A stretch of DNA of 62,412 nt, the filler included, from an uncultured bacterium (lineage in GTDB: Bacteria; Auribacterota; CAZIXI01), in the NCBI GenBank assembly GCA_964543115.1. It is 7 parts of 7 records of this genome, joined end to end, with 100 filler letters (N's around TTAATTAATTAA, not from the genome) between each part and the next. Parts side by side here need not be neighbours in the genome. Positions count along the whole stretch, not along the records: positions 44,714 to 53,531 come from CAZIXI010000143.1; positions 53,632 to 62,412 come from CAZIXI010000144.1; 5 more parts are not named here. One strand, written 5' to 3'. Shown here one piece after another: positions 47,510 to 57,485 of this stretch. Within the stretch, counting starts at the first letter, position 1. Every line of letters begins with the position of its first letter. The notes under the pieces were generated by a model that saw only the letters and a program-made list of their open reading frames with translations, was not told the origin of the DNA and ran no database searches. The position numbers and the translations under genes were made by a program.

Positions 47510-48466
47510 ATGAAAACCACCAAATATGTATTAATTGCCATTATCATTAATTTATTTTTTTCTTGTTACCTCGGAGCGCAGGAAGAGATAGAGCCGGTGC
47601 AGGCGGAGGCCTCTTTCAATAAAGAGGCGATTACCATTGGCGAAAAGGTCAGGTACGCTATCCGGATAGAGCTGGAGGAGGAAACGGAGTTAAAGTTGCC
47701 GACTGTAGAAGCGGTGCTCAATGAAGCGGGTTTTGCCGTTCGGGATTTTGGCGAAGAGAAACAGAAGAAAATCAGTAAGGGCCGTTTTCGCGAAGAGTAC
47801 TGGTATTCACTGGATACCTATGTTACCGGTTCCTATGTCGTTCCGCCGATCGTAATTGAATATATCCTGGCAGACGGTATACCGGGGGAGGTAGAGACGC
47901 CGGAGGTGTTTTTAGAAGTTAAAAGCGTGATTAAAGAGGGAGAGGCGGCGGAGGATATCAAGGATATTAAGCAGCCGGTAGAGATAAAATTTAGTTATAA
48001 AAAGTTTATCATTTTGGCTGTTGCAATTATTATTTTTATTGTTTTCTTAGTGATAATAGTTAGTTGGCTAGTTAAGCGGAGGCATAAAGTTAAAGCGCAG
48101 GCGGTGATCCCGCCGTATGTAATTGCCCTGAGGGAACTGGAAAAAGCTCGGGCAATGCCGCTGGAGGATGGAGAAGAGATAAAAGAGTATTATATTTTTA
48201 TTTCGGGGATTATCCGGCATTATATTGAAAATCGTTTGGGGATCAGTGCCCCGGAGCAGACCACGGAAGAATTTCTAAAGGAATTGACTACTGCTGCTAA
48301 TCTGAGTGAACCGCATAAGGCTTTGTTAAGACAGTTCCTCAAACATTGCGATATGGTTAAGTTCGCTAAGTACGGACCAAACCGGGAAGAAATTGAAGGT
48401 GTCTGGGCAACGGCCAGGAAATTTGTGGAAGAGACAATCCCTGATACAGTTCAAAGTTCAGAGTAA
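47510..48466 (+). CDS. Bat-cluster accessory membrane protein (BatD-like N-terminus, one TM, C-terminal helical domain)
   Basis: ITIGEKVRY, DIKDIKQP+TM, and IIRHYIENRLGISAPEQTTEEFL...DMVKFAKY. Confidence 0.75.
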   Translation: MKTTKYVLIAIIINLFFSCYLGAQEEIEPVQAEASFNKEAITIGEKVRYAIRIELEEETELKLPTVEAVLNEAGFAVRDFGEEKQKKISKGRFREEYWYSLDTYVTGSYVVPPIVIEYILADGIPGEVETPEVFLEVKSVIKEGEAAEDIKDIKQPVEIKFSYKKFIILAVAIIIFIVFLVIIVSWLVKRRHKVKAQAVIPPYVIALRELEKARAMPLEDGEEIKEYYIFISGIIRHYIENRLGISAPEQTTEEFLKELTTAANLSEPHKALLRQFLKHCDMVKFAKYGPNREEIEGVWATARKFVEETIPDTVQSSE

Positions 48467-48477
48467 GGAATTAGGAT

Positions 48478-48549
48478 TAGCGACTAGCGACTAGAGACTA
48501 GAGACGAGCGACCCGCCTGCGCCAAGGCTTCGGCGGGCAGGCGAGCGAC
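48478..48549. repeat. 7-bp tandem array interrupted by a CCGCC..CGGCGG hairpin
   Basis: (TAGCGAC)2(TAGAGAC)2GAGCGAC-[CCGCCTGCGCCAAGGCTTCGGCGGGCAGGC]-GAGCGAC. Confidence 0.7.
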
Positions 48550-48555
48550 TAAATT

Positions 48556-49551
48556 ATGAGTTTAAACGATCCATTACTTTTATTATTGTTGTTGATTCTC
48601 CCGCTTTATATCTGGTGGTCTATCCGCCGGTCGGGCAAGGGAGGAATGAAATATTCTTCCGTCAGTGAACTGAAGAAGTTAAAACCGGCGCGTACTGTGC
48701 GGCTGCGATTTATTCCGTTGTTTTTACGGACGGCGGCCTTGTTTTTGATCGTTGTTTCTTTGGCCCGGCCACAGAAGGGTATTGAGCATACCAAAATGCC
48801 GACGGAGGGGATTGATATGGAATTGATTATTGATGTCTCTACCAGTATGTTGGCCGAGGATTTCACCCTCAAAGGGAAACGGCAGAACCGCCTGGAAGCG
48901 GTAAAAAGCGTTGTGCAGGATTTCATTAGGGGACGTTACAATGACCGGATCGGTATGGTGATTTTTGCCGGCCGCGCCTATACTCAATGTCCGTTAACAA
49001 TGGATTATGGGATTCTGCTGCAGTTCCTGGAGCAGGCCAAGATCGGTTCGGTTGAGGATGGGACGGCGATTGGTTCGGCGATTGCCGTTGGATTGAACCG
49101 GATTAAGGATGTGCCGGGAAAAACCAAAATAATGATTCTACTTACCGACGGGCGCAATAACGCCGGCAAGGTTGATCCCCTGACGGCGGCGGAAATGGCC
49201 CGGACCCTGGGGGTAAAGATATACACTATTGGCGCCGGGACGAAAGGACTGGCTCCTTATCCCACACAGGATTTTTTCGGCAACAAAGTCTATCAGCGGA
49301 TTCGGGTGGATATAGATGAGGCCACCCTGAAAAAAATTGCGCAGATTACCGGCGGTAAATATTTTCGGGCGACGGATACAAAGAGCCTGAAAGAGGTGTA
49401 CCAGGAGATAGATGAGCTGGAAAAAACCGAGGTAGAGGTGAAGATATATATGGAGTATTCCGAACTTTTTCCTTATTTTCTTCTGCCGGGGCTGTTTTTG
49501 CTTATTGCGGGAGTCATTATCAGTAATACCTGGTTGCGGAGGCTGCCTTGA
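48556..49551 (+). CDS. batA: BatA, VWA domain protein
   Basis: IDVSTSMLAEDF (MIDAS), DRIGMVIFAG, GTAIGSAI, ILLTDGRNN and GGKYFRATD motifs. Confidence 0.9.
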   Translation: MSLNDPLLLLLLLILPLYIWWSIRRSGKGGMKYSSVSELKKLKPARTVRLRFIPLFLRTAALFLIVVSLARPQKGIEHTKMPTEGIDMELIIDVSTSMLAEDFTLKGKRQNRLEAVKSVVQDFIRGRYNDRIGMVIFAGRAYTQCPLTMDYGILLQFLEQAKIGSVEDGTAIGSAIAVGLNRIKDVPGKTKIMILLTDGRNNAGKVDPLTAAEMARTLGVKIYTIGAGTKGLAPYPTQDFFGNKVYQRIRVDIDEATLKKIAQITGGKYFRATDTKSLKEVYQEIDELEKTEVEVKIYMEYSELFPYFLLPGLFLLIAGVIISNTWLRRLP

Positions 49552-49619
49552 GTGAGTGATTGACTAAGAAAGCATATTATACTTTAAGAAAGAGAAATTA
49601 GTATTGAAAGAATGTCATA

Positions 49620-49701
49620 AACGCAGAGTTCGCAGAGGGCGCAAAGAAAAGATAATTTAAAAAACTCTGCGAAACTCTGCGTACTTTGCGACCTCTGCGT
49701 T
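49620..49701. repeat. Nested CGCAGAG inverted-repeat element, copy 1
   Basis: AACGCAGAG-TTCGCAGAG-GGCGCAAAG...CTCTGCG(x2)-CTTTGCG-CTCTGCGTT. Confidence 0.7.
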
Positions 49702-49766
49702 AAGAAAGATATTTGAGTTTATAACTTAAAGCGTAGAGAATTATTCTAGTCTGGCGGAGACTATTT

Positions 49767-50756
49767 ATGAAGTTTGCTAATATCAACTATTTCTATTTAT
49801 TGTGGATATTGCTGTTATTGGCGGCGTTTTATATTTATGTTTTCAAGCGGCAGAGGGATTTTCTTTCCCGCTGGGGTCAGCTGCCGCTGGTTGCTAAATT
49901 GGTAACCAATCTTAGTTTGACCAGAAGAAAGATAAAAATCGGTTTATTGCTGGGGAGTGTGTTCTTTATCATGATTGCGCTGGCTCAACCGCAATGGGGC
50001 TATCATTGGGAAGAGATGAGGCGCAAGGGGATTGATATTGTCATTGTTTTGGATACCTCCAGGAGTATGCTGACCGATGATGTTAAACCAAATCGTCTGA
50101 GTTTAGCCAAACGGCAGATAGAGGACCTGCTGAGAATGCTTCCCGGGGACCGGGTGGGGCTGGTTACTTTTGCCGGCAGCAGTTTCGTGCAGTGTCCGTT
50201 GACGCTTGATTACGGCGCGTTTCGGTTATTCTTGGATCATGTGGATACCCAAAATATTCCTTTACGGGGAACTGATGTGGGCGGCGCGATAAAAAAGGCC
50301 TTAGCTGTGTTTGAAAAGGAAAGTAAGAACTTTCGGGCAATTATTCTTATTTCTGACGGTGAAGATCATCGCGGATTAATAGAAGGGGTTTTAAAGAAGG
50401 CCAAAACCATGGGAGTGCCGATTTATGTAGTGGGTGTGGGCACCAAAGAGGGGGCACCCATCCCCATTGTTGATGAAGAGGGTAATCGTACCTATCTTAA
50501 GGACAGAAAAGGCAATATTGTGCTATCCAAACTTGAGGATGTTAATCTGAAGAAGATCGCCCTGAAGACAGGCGGGGCCTATGCCAGCGGGGCGATTGCC
50601 CTGGATGAGATTTATACAGAAAAGATTTCTAAAATGGAAAAACGTGAGTTAGAAAGCGCCCGGCGGAAGATATTTGAAGATCGTTATCAAATTCCTTTGG
50701 GATTGGCGTTGTTTCTGCTTGTCCTGGAAGGTATAATAAGTGAGAGAAAGAAATGA
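49767..50756 (+). CDS. batB: BatB, VWA domain protein
   Basis: LDTSRSMLTDDVKPNRL, GDRVGLVTFAG and ILISDGEDH motifs. Confidence 0.9.
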   Translation: MKFANINYFYLLWILLLLAAFYIYVFKRQRDFLSRWGQLPLVAKLVTNLSLTRRKIKIGLLLGSVFFIMIALAQPQWGYHWEEMRRKGIDIVIVLDTSRSMLTDDVKPNRLSLAKRQIEDLLRMLPGDRVGLVTFAGSSFVQCPLTLDYGAFRLFLDHVDTQNIPLRGTDVGGAIKKALAVFEKESKNFRAIILISDGEDHRGLIEGVLKKAKTMGVPIYVVGVGTKEGAPIPIVDEEGNRTYLKDRKGNIVLSKLEDVNLKKIALKTGGAYASGAIALDEIYTEKISKMEKRELESARRKIFEDRYQIPLGLALFLLVLEGIISERKK

Positions 50757-51628
50757 TACTTCGTATTATTGTTATATTTTTGGTGTTGTTTAATCTGGCG
50801 TTTGCGCCAGCAGTGGTCAGTAAGATCAGGGAAGGTAACAAGCTGTTTACGGAACAAAAGTATGATGAGGCGCTTAGTAAATATACCGATGCCCAGATAG
50901 AAAGGCCGGAATCACCGGAATTGTTCTTTAATATTGCCGATACGCTTTATCAGCAGAGGAAATATGCGGATGCCGAACAGATGCTGGTTAAGGCCATTCC
51001 CCACGCTGAGCCGCAGCTGGAGGCAAAGATATATTATAATATTGGTAATTGTAAGTACCGTCAGGGGCAGCTGCGGGAATCCTTAGATTATTACAAGCAG
51101 GCCCTGGAGCTTAATCCGGATGATGAAGATGCCAAATATAATATAGAGTTTGTCGAGCGTAAGATTAAGGAGATGTTGAGTCAGGCCCAAAAAAGACAGG
51201 AAGAACAACAGCAAGATCAACAACAGGAACAGGAAGGACAACAGCAACAAGAACAGCAGCAACAAGAAAAACAGCAGCAAGAACAACAGCAGCAAGGACA
51301 GCAGCAACAAGGTGAAGAGGGAGAGCAAAAGGAAGAAGAAAAACCTGCCGCCAGAGCGGAAGAGGGAAAAGAAGAAGATCGGCCGGAGGAGAAAGAACAA
51401 GAGCAGAAAGCTGCCGGCGAGCAGGAAAAAGAACATGAAAAACCTCAGGCAGAGCAGCAAGAAGAGTCTGCGGACGAAGAACAACCTCTGCCCTCACCGG
51501 AAGAATTAACTAAGGAAGAGGCCGAAGCGCTTCTGCGGATGATTGCCGATGAGGAACGCAGCGGGGAAAGACCAGAAGAGAAAAAGCGCCGGCCGGCAAG
51601 GTATCGGGAGACGGAAAAATTATGGTGA
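50753..51628 (+). CDS. batC: BatC, TPR protein with Gln/Glu-rich tail
   Basis: TPRs (YYNIGNCKYRQGQLRESLDYYKQALELNPDDEDAKYNIE) followed by a Q/E-rich linker. Confidence 0.85.
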   Translation: MILRIIVIFLVLFNLAFAPAVVSKIREGNKLFTEQKYDEALSKYTDAQIERPESPELFFNIADTLYQQRKYADAEQMLVKAIPHAEPQLEAKIYYNIGNCKYRQGQLRESLDYYKQALELNPDDEDAKYNIEFVERKIKEMLSQAQKRQEEQQQDQQQEQEGQQQQEQQQQEKQQQEQQQQGQQQQGEEGEQKEEEKPAARAEEGKEEDRPEEKEQEQKAAGEQEKEHEKPQAEQQEESADEEQPLPSPEELTKEEAEALLRMIADEERSGERPEEKKRRPARYRETEKLW

Positions 51629-53496
51629 AGTATTTATTCATCACTGTTTTATTATTGGCTCTTAGTGGTGCTGCCTGTGCTCAGGATATTGATTTTATTG
51701 CGGCGGTGAATAAAGATAAACTGCCCATTAATGACCGGTTGGAGTTAACCCTGACCGTTGTGGGCAGTCAAAATGTGGGTTCGCCGGAAATGCCCGTCCT
51801 GAATGGCTTCGAGATTCTCTCTTCCGGCAGTTCCAGTCAGTTTAGTTTTGTTAATGGGGTGATGAGTGCCAGTAAAACCTTTACCTATCTTTTGTTGCCC
51901 ACCCAGGAAGGCAGTTTAACAATTGATCCGGCAAGGATCGAAATTGACGGTGAAGTATATGAAACTCAACCGATAATCATAGAGGTGCTGCCCGCGGGGA
52001 AGGCTGCTCCGCCAGCAAAGCAGCGCCGGGCTGCGCCGGGAACAACAAAGCCCGCACCTTCTGCTCCGACAACCATAGCGGAGGTTGGTGACCGTATTTT
52101 TATTGAGCTTACGACTGATAAAGAGGATGTTTACGTCGGAGAGCAGATAACAATGACATTCCGGCTCTATTTCCGGGAAGTGCGGATAGATAATTTGCAG
52201 TATGAGGCGCCGGTCACTAAAGGATTTGTTACGGAATCGATGGGGCAGCAGCGGGAATTACGCGAGGTGCGCGATGGATTGGCCTATAGTGTGATTGAGT
52301 TAAAGACAGCCTTGTTTCCGATTGCCGATGGACTGCAGACAGTTGCTCCCGCCCGGCTGCAATGTGATCTTCTGGTCAGGCGCCAGCGTCAGCGCCGCCG
52401 GAGCAATGATCCGTTTTTTGATGATTTTTTTGATGATTCGTTTTTCTTTTCTTCCTATGCCCGCCAGCCGGTATCCCTGGAATCAAATTCTCTTGCCATT
52501 TATGTTAAGCCGTTACCGGTAGAAGGAAAACCGGATACGTTTAAGGGAGCGGTGGGTACCTATGACTTGACGGTTAGCGCTGATCCGAAAACCTTAAAGG
52601 CAGGGGAGCCGATTAATTTGGTAATGAAGGTTTCCGGCGCCGGTAATGTTGGGGCTGTATCCGAACCGGTAATTAAGAATCTGACGGGCTTTAAGGCCTA
52701 CGATTCAGAGGTGAAAACAGAAATTACCGGGAGGGAACGGGAGATTGCCGGGGTAAAAACATTCCAGAAGATGCTTATTCCGAAAAACGACCGGTTAAAA
52801 GAAATCCCGGTTATTTATTTTTCCTATTTTGATCCTGACCGGGCCGAATACAAGACGGTTACCCGGGGACCGCTGGCGATTTCCGTGGCTCCGGCACCCG
52901 AGAAAGATACGGAGATACTGGAATTAATTAGAGATACCGTGCCGGAGGAAGAGGCTCAACAGGCAATAAAATTGTTGGCCCGCGACATTCATTATATCAA
53001 AACTTCTCCTGGAAGGTTTATCCGGCAGGGGAAGAGATGGTATCAGCAGCTTTTATTATGGTTGGTTATTATTCTTATTCCTCTTATTCTGGTTGTGTTC
53101 AGTCTTTTCTATCAGTCCCATCGGTTGAGATTAAAAGAAGACACGGCCTATGCTAAGGCCCGGGGAGCTTATGGGATGGCCCAGTCATTGCTGGCGGAGG
53201 CCAGAAAATATGAAAAAGAGGGTAAGGCAAAAGACTTCTATGCTATGCTGGCCCGGATAATTCAAAAATATGTCAGTGACCGTTTGAATCTGCCGCCGGC
53301 CGTGGTGACCAGTCAGGCAATTGCCGAATTGCTTACACCTAAAGGTATTCCGGCGGAAATTATTACGAGAACGAAAACGCTGCTGGATGCCTGCGACCTG
53401 GTTCGTTTTGGCGCGGCCCAGGGAAGTAAAGCGGAGATGAAAGGCGCGCTTAAGGAACTTAATGTTATCATGGCGATTTTGGGGATAAGATTATGA
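51622..53496 (+). CDS. batD: BatD
   Basis: GSSSQFSFVNGVMS, VYVGEQI, FKGAVGTY and YFSYFDP motifs plus a C-terminal TM. Confidence 0.9.
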   Translation: MVKYLFITVLLLALSGAACAQDIDFIAAVNKDKLPINDRLELTLTVVGSQNVGSPEMPVLNGFEILSSGSSSQFSFVNGVMSASKTFTYLLLPTQEGSLTIDPARIEIDGEVYETQPIIIEVLPAGKAAPPAKQRRAAPGTTKPAPSAPTTIAEVGDRIFIELTTDKEDVYVGEQITMTFRLYFREVRIDNLQYEAPVTKGFVTESMGQQRELREVRDGLAYSVIELKTALFPIADGLQTVAPARLQCDLLVRRQRQRRRSNDPFFDDFFDDSFFFSSYARQPVSLESNSLAIYVKPLPVEGKPDTFKGAVGTYDLTVSADPKTLKAGEPINLVMKVSGAGNVGAVSEPVIKNLTGFKAYDSEVKTEITGREREIAGVKTFQKMLIPKNDRLKEIPVIYFSYFDPDRAEYKTVTRGPLAISVAPAPEKDTEILELIRDTVPEEEAQQAIKLLARDIHYIKTSPGRFIRQGKRWYQQLLLWLVIILIPLILVVFSLFYQSHRLRLKEDTAYAKARGAYGMAQSLLAEARKYEKEGKAKDFYAMLARIIQKYVSDRLNLPPAVVTSQAIAELLTPKGIPAEIITRTKTLLDACDLVRFGAAQGSKAEMKGALKELNVIMAILGIRL

Positions 53497-53531
53497 AGAA
53501 ACTGGGTTTATTTTTTGTTGCGTTTAGCTGG
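53493..53531 (+). CDS. Probable BatE start (truncated)
   Basis: ATGA overlap with the batD stop and a signal-like start, MKKLGLFFVAFSW. Confidence 0.45.
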
Positions 53532-53631
53532 NNNNNNNNNNNNNNNNNNNNNNNNNNNNNNNNNNNNNNNNNNNNTTAATTAATTAANNNNNNNNNNNNN
53601 NNNNNNNNNNNNNNNNNNNNNNNNNNNNNNN
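53532..53631. other. Artificial contig spacer
   Basis: N44-TTAATTAATTAA-N44. Confidence 0.99.
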
Positions 53632-53759
53632 TTACTTTAGTCAAAGTACCCAAATACGAAAGTGCCCAATTTGCTTGACACTACTCAAATGAAGACATTA
53701 TTGACTTTTATTGTTTTCTACCGCATAATATCTGAGTTAAATTAAGGTGAAATATCGCA

Positions 53760-56597
53760 ATGAAGAAAATACATATTGTACTATTGGCTGCCGGGATCGT
53801 CTTTATCTTCAGATTTATCTGGCTGCGCTGCTGTCCCTACGCCCTGCTGGATCTCGATACGGGCACTATCGGCCTTATGGCCCGGCATATTCTTGCGGGT
53901 CATTTCCCCATGTTCTTCTACGGGCAGGATTATCTCGCGCCAGTGGAATCGTATATTATTGCCCCGTTCTTTTTCGTTTTCGGGGATAACCATATTGTGC
54001 TCCAGCTTGTTCCCGTGGGCCTGACGCTAGTTTGCGGTGTTGTTGTTTTCTTTCTGGGTAAGGCCATAAAGGATGAGGCAATGGGGTTGTGGTCGGCGCT
54101 CCTGTTCCTTTTCCCGCCGGTGGTGTTTTTCCTCAAAGGATTTAAATCGCAGGGGTATATGCCGGAGTATCTTTTGTGCGGTACGCTTATCTTTCTTTTA
54201 TCTTTTAAGATAGTCGAACGCGCTGCTGATAAATCCGCGAGAAAAATGATAATGATTTATTATTTGCTGCTTGGCGTTGTGTCCGGCATTGGTTTTTGGA
54301 TAGTTTATTCGACAGTTCAATTTATTGTTATCGCGGGGCTTTTTTTAGTTTTTCATTTTAGGCGGTCTAAAATATTTACTTGGGGCCTCATCTGGCCGGT
54401 GACCTTTGTTCTCGCCGGGCTGCCGTATTGGATCTTTAGTTATCAGAATAATTGGGATACGTTTTATTTTGGTAAGGTGACCAGGTATAGTCTGCGGGCG
54501 ATAACCAACAAGTTATTTACCGTGGATTTGAGGAATTTGTTGACAGCCGGGTTGAGTGAGCCGCTGCGGGTGCTGCTGGTAGCGGCCTATGCGGTGATTT
54601 TTATTTTTTATCTAGTCTATGGCATTAAAACGAGGCGGAGTAAGATGCTGCCGGTCTGGCTGCTGGCGGTGTTGATATTCCTTTTCTATATTAATCCCAG
54701 TCTTTACCGGTTTGCGATCAGGGCGGATACGCGCTACGTTATCGGGATCTATTTGGCGCTGGCGCTAATGGCGGGTTTTACTCTTTCCCGGCTCAATGAA
54801 AAGAAAAGGGGCCTCGGGACAATATGCGGGCTTCTGTTAATAGGGATAAATTCATATACCTGTATCGAAGCGGTTCCGCGGTACCGGCAGCAATCGCTGG
54901 AAAATAAACAGCGGTTTGACCGGTTAACAGGACTACTCAAAGAAAACAGTATTGATAAGGTGCTGGTGCGCGGGCGGGAGTTTCGGGATCTGGCATTTGT
55001 CAGCGATGAAAAAATTATTTGTGCTAAATATGACGGTGATGATTACCCCAAACATCAGGAGGCGTTTGAACAGGCTTTGGCTATGGCTTATTATATGCCT
55101 AAACGTGATTCGAGTCTGGCGGGTGTATGTGCCGGTTTCAATAAGGTAGAGGATTTTTATTTCGATTTCAAACGCTATCCTTACCGCTACCGGGAAATCC
55201 CGCCGGATAATTGGCTGGTTATCAGTAATTATCAGGGTGATAAGTGCTGGCAGGCCGTGGATAGGGACCTTTCTACAATGTGGTCGTCAGCCGAGGCGCA
55301 AAAACCCGGGATGTTTTTTTGTCTGGATCTGGGGAAGAGCTATTTAATTAGTAAAATTCAGCTGTTTTATGCCGACCGCTATTACAGTCTGCCGGAACAA
55401 ACGATGATTCAGGTGTCGGCTGACGGTGTTTCCTGGCAGGAAGTGCTGACGGTTGAGGGTACGGAAAATTTTTTCTGGTCGGGTCCGAGATTGTGTTATT
55501 TAATCGTAAACGGACGCTATGAATTTAATTTTGAGCCGGTTGAGGCGCGTTTTGTGAAGATTTCACAGCTGGGGAAAAATTCTCCCTATAGCTGGGATAT
55601 CGCAGAATTATTTATCTATGAATATGCCGGAGAGGATCCTTCAGGCTGGGATGAAGAAAAATTGCGGCAGGCTTACGAATATCTTAAGGGAAAGGGGATA
55701 GATCGTGTCTACGCGGATTTCTGGGAGTCGGCAATGTTGAAGAAATGGGGCGGGGTGTGGACGGTAAATATTTTTGATAATATAACGGAATCCAGTAAAA
55801 AAAGATATATAAAATTGTCTGCAGATACGGGTTTTATTGTTCCGGCGGCAAATAAGGATGGTTGGGAAAGCCTGCTGGCAGAGCTTGGCGTAGAATTAGC
55901 AAGCAAGAGGTTTGGGCCTTATTGGTGCTATTTTTTCGGCGGGTTGAGTGAAGAGGAGAAGCGTTTCTATGATAAGCTGAGAAGTGTTTATTGGCTGGGA
56001 ACGACCGGAGTAAAGATCGATCTGTATCGTTATAGCGATTTGCTCTACGAAAGAGGTTTAGCCGCCGAGGCAAAGGGTGAAAAGATGGCCGCAGAGAGTT
56101 TTTACCGGCGGGCGCTGGAGAGATGCCCCCGCTATATGCCGTATAAACGACTTAAAACCATGGGGGCGGATGTAACGCCCTGGCGGCAATATTTTGAACC
56201 TGAGAAGGCAAAACATATATCATTTGCTAATGGATTGGTGTTTCTGGGGATAACAAGCGAAAAACAAACTGTCAGGCCGGGTGAGGAAATTAACCTGGAT
56301 TATTTCTGGGGGGTGAGCGCCCGGGCCGATAAGGATGCGGCTGTTTTTGTGCATTTCAAAAAAGACGGCAGGGTTGCTTTTCAGGGAGATTATTTTCTGA
56401 GGACGCAGCATTTGTATCTTCAGGCGGAACCCTACGATGTTGTGCGTTTCCGCTACCGGTTAACGGTTCCGCCGGATGTTCCGCCGGGGGACTATAGTAT
56501 TGTGCTGGGACTCTGGCTGCCGGAAAAAGAGAAACGGGTACGGGAGAGGGGCTCTAACAGAACGAAGTTTGATGTAGGCAGTATTGTGATTGAGTGA
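53760..56597 (+). CDS. GT-C (ArnT/PMT-like) membrane glycosyltransferase fused to an F5/8-type C (discoidin) domain and further periplasmic domains
   Basis: D-x-D in loop 1 and GLMARHILAGHFPMFFYGQDY, about 11-13 TMs, then AVDRDLSTMWSS...QKPGMFFCLDLGKSYLISKIQL...QVSADGVSW (discoidin). Confidence 0.75.
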   Translation: MKKIHIVLLAAGIVFIFRFIWLRCCPYALLDLDTGTIGLMARHILAGHFPMFFYGQDYLAPVESYIIAPFFFVFGDNHIVLQLVPVGLTLVCGVVVFFLGKAIKDEAMGLWSALLFLFPPVVFFLKGFKSQGYMPEYLLCGTLIFLLSFKIVERAADKSARKMIMIYYLLLGVVSGIGFWIVYSTVQFIVIAGLFLVFHFRRSKIFTWGLIWPVTFVLAGLPYWIFSYQNNWDTFYFGKVTRYSLRAITNKLFTVDLRNLLTAGLSEPLRVLLVAAYAVIFIFYLVYGIKTRRSKMLPVWLLAVLIFLFYINPSLYRFAIRADTRYVIGIYLALALMAGFTLSRLNEKKRGLGTICGLLLIGINSYTCIEAVPRYRQQSLENKQRFDRLTGLLKENSIDKVLVRGREFRDLAFVSDEKIICAKYDGDDYPKHQEAFEQALAMAYYMPKRDSSLAGVCAGFNKVEDFYFDFKRYPYRYREIPPDNWLVISNYQGDKCWQAVDRDLSTMWSSAEAQKPGMFFCLDLGKSYLISKIQLFYADRYYSLPEQTMIQVSADGVSWQEVLTVEGTENFFWSGPRLCYLIVNGRYEFNFEPVEARFVKISQLGKNSPYSWDIAELFIYEYAGEDPSGWDEEKLRQAYEYLKGKGIDRVYADFWESAMLKKWGGVWTVNIFDNITESSKKRYIKLSADTGFIVPAANKDGWESLLAELGVELASKRFGPYWCYFFGGLSEEEKRFYDKLRSVYWLGTTGVKIDLYRYSDLLYERGLAAEAKGEKMAAESFYRRALERCPRYMPYKRLKTMGADVTPWRQYFEPEKAKHISFANGLVFLGITSEKQTVRPGEEINLDYFWGVSARADKDAAVFVHFKKDGRVAFQGDYFLRTQHLYLQAEPYDVVRFRYRLTVPPDVPPGDYSIVLGLWLPEKEKRVRERGSNRTKFDVGSIVIE

Positions 56598-56617
56598 TAA
56601 CGGGGGTGGAATTTTGT

Positions 56618-57409
56618 TTACCGGAGAAATTCCGCTGCTGCTTTGATGAATGCCGCGGGTGCTTCAAGGTGCAGGGCGTGCGCGGCATTTTCTATTAGGA
56701 GTAATGAGCTTTCTGGGATGTTGTCAACTAGTGTCCTGGCCTCTTTCGGCAGAATAAGAATATCTTCTTTGCCTTCCACAACCAGTGTTTTAGCTGTGAT
56801 CTTTCCTAGCCGGCCGCGGGCATCAAACCCGGTAATGGCCTCTACCTGCCCCTTAAAACCGTTTGGAGATTGAATGTGGGGGTTTTTTAAGCATTCTGAG
56901 GTAAAGGTGTCCATAAAATCCTTGTCCGTAAAGCGTTCGGGGGTGAACAACCAAAACTGCCAGAGCTTGAACCAGGATTCTAAATCGGTATTTTGCCGGC
57001 GCCGGTTGAGGAAATACTTAAAAAGAACATTGTTCCTTTCTGAAGATACAGGAGCGGTGCTTTCGAGCACCAGCTTGTTTACGCGTTCCGGATAATTAAT
57101 GGCCAGTTCCTGGGCAATGTATCCGCCCATGGAGTGGCCGGCAAGATGGGCTTTTTTGATGCTAAGATAATCAAGCAGCGCTGCGGCATCATCTGCTAAA
57201 TCAGCTATGCTGTAGGTTAGTTCGCGTACGTCGCTTTGCCCCGCTCCCCGGTTATCATAAACAATGACTTGAAAAGATTTGGCCAGTTCACCGAGCACAG
57301 TCAGCCAGCTCTGGTGATCACTGCCCAGGCCGCCAATAAGCAACAGGGGAGCACCCTTACCGTGAACCTCATAATATAGCTGATTGCCGTTTATTTCTGT
57401 TTTGGGCAT
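56618..57409 (-). CDS. Alpha/beta hydrolase
   Basis: VYDNRGAGQSD, GHSMGG nucleophile elbow, EGKEDILI and AAHALH motifs. Confidence 0.92.
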   Translation of the reverse strand: MPKTEINGNQLYYEVHGKGAPLLLIGGLGSDHQSWLTVLGELAKSFQVIVYDNRGAGQSDVRELTYSIADLADDAAALLDYLSIKKAHLAGHSMGGYIAQELAINYPERVNKLVLESTAPVSSERNNVLFKYFLNRRRQNTDLESWFKLWQFWLFTPERFTDKDFMDTFTSECLKNPHIQSPNGFKGQVEAITGFDARGRLGKITAKTLVVEGKEDILILPKEARTLVDNIPESSLLLIENAAHALHLEAPAAFIKAAAEFLR

Positions 57410-57485
57410 TTATCTCTTTTTAAGCTTTTATCGAAGAGTGTAATCTTTAATCCCACTCATATTCTTCGTCATTTGTTGCCGATTC

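Noticed and set aside
51190..51480. CAG/CAA-rich tract and overlapping antisense ORFs (51083-51484, 51165-51497)
   Set aside because: This is the usual Gln/Glu-rich linker of BatC. The antisense ORFs are shadows of low-complexity sequence.
8860..53631. Identical TTAATTAATTAA sequences in N runs every ~8.9 kb
   Set aside because: These are artificial contig linkers. Contig lengths fall monotonically, as in a size-sorted concatenation. ORFs ending in LIN or containing X runs are artefacts.
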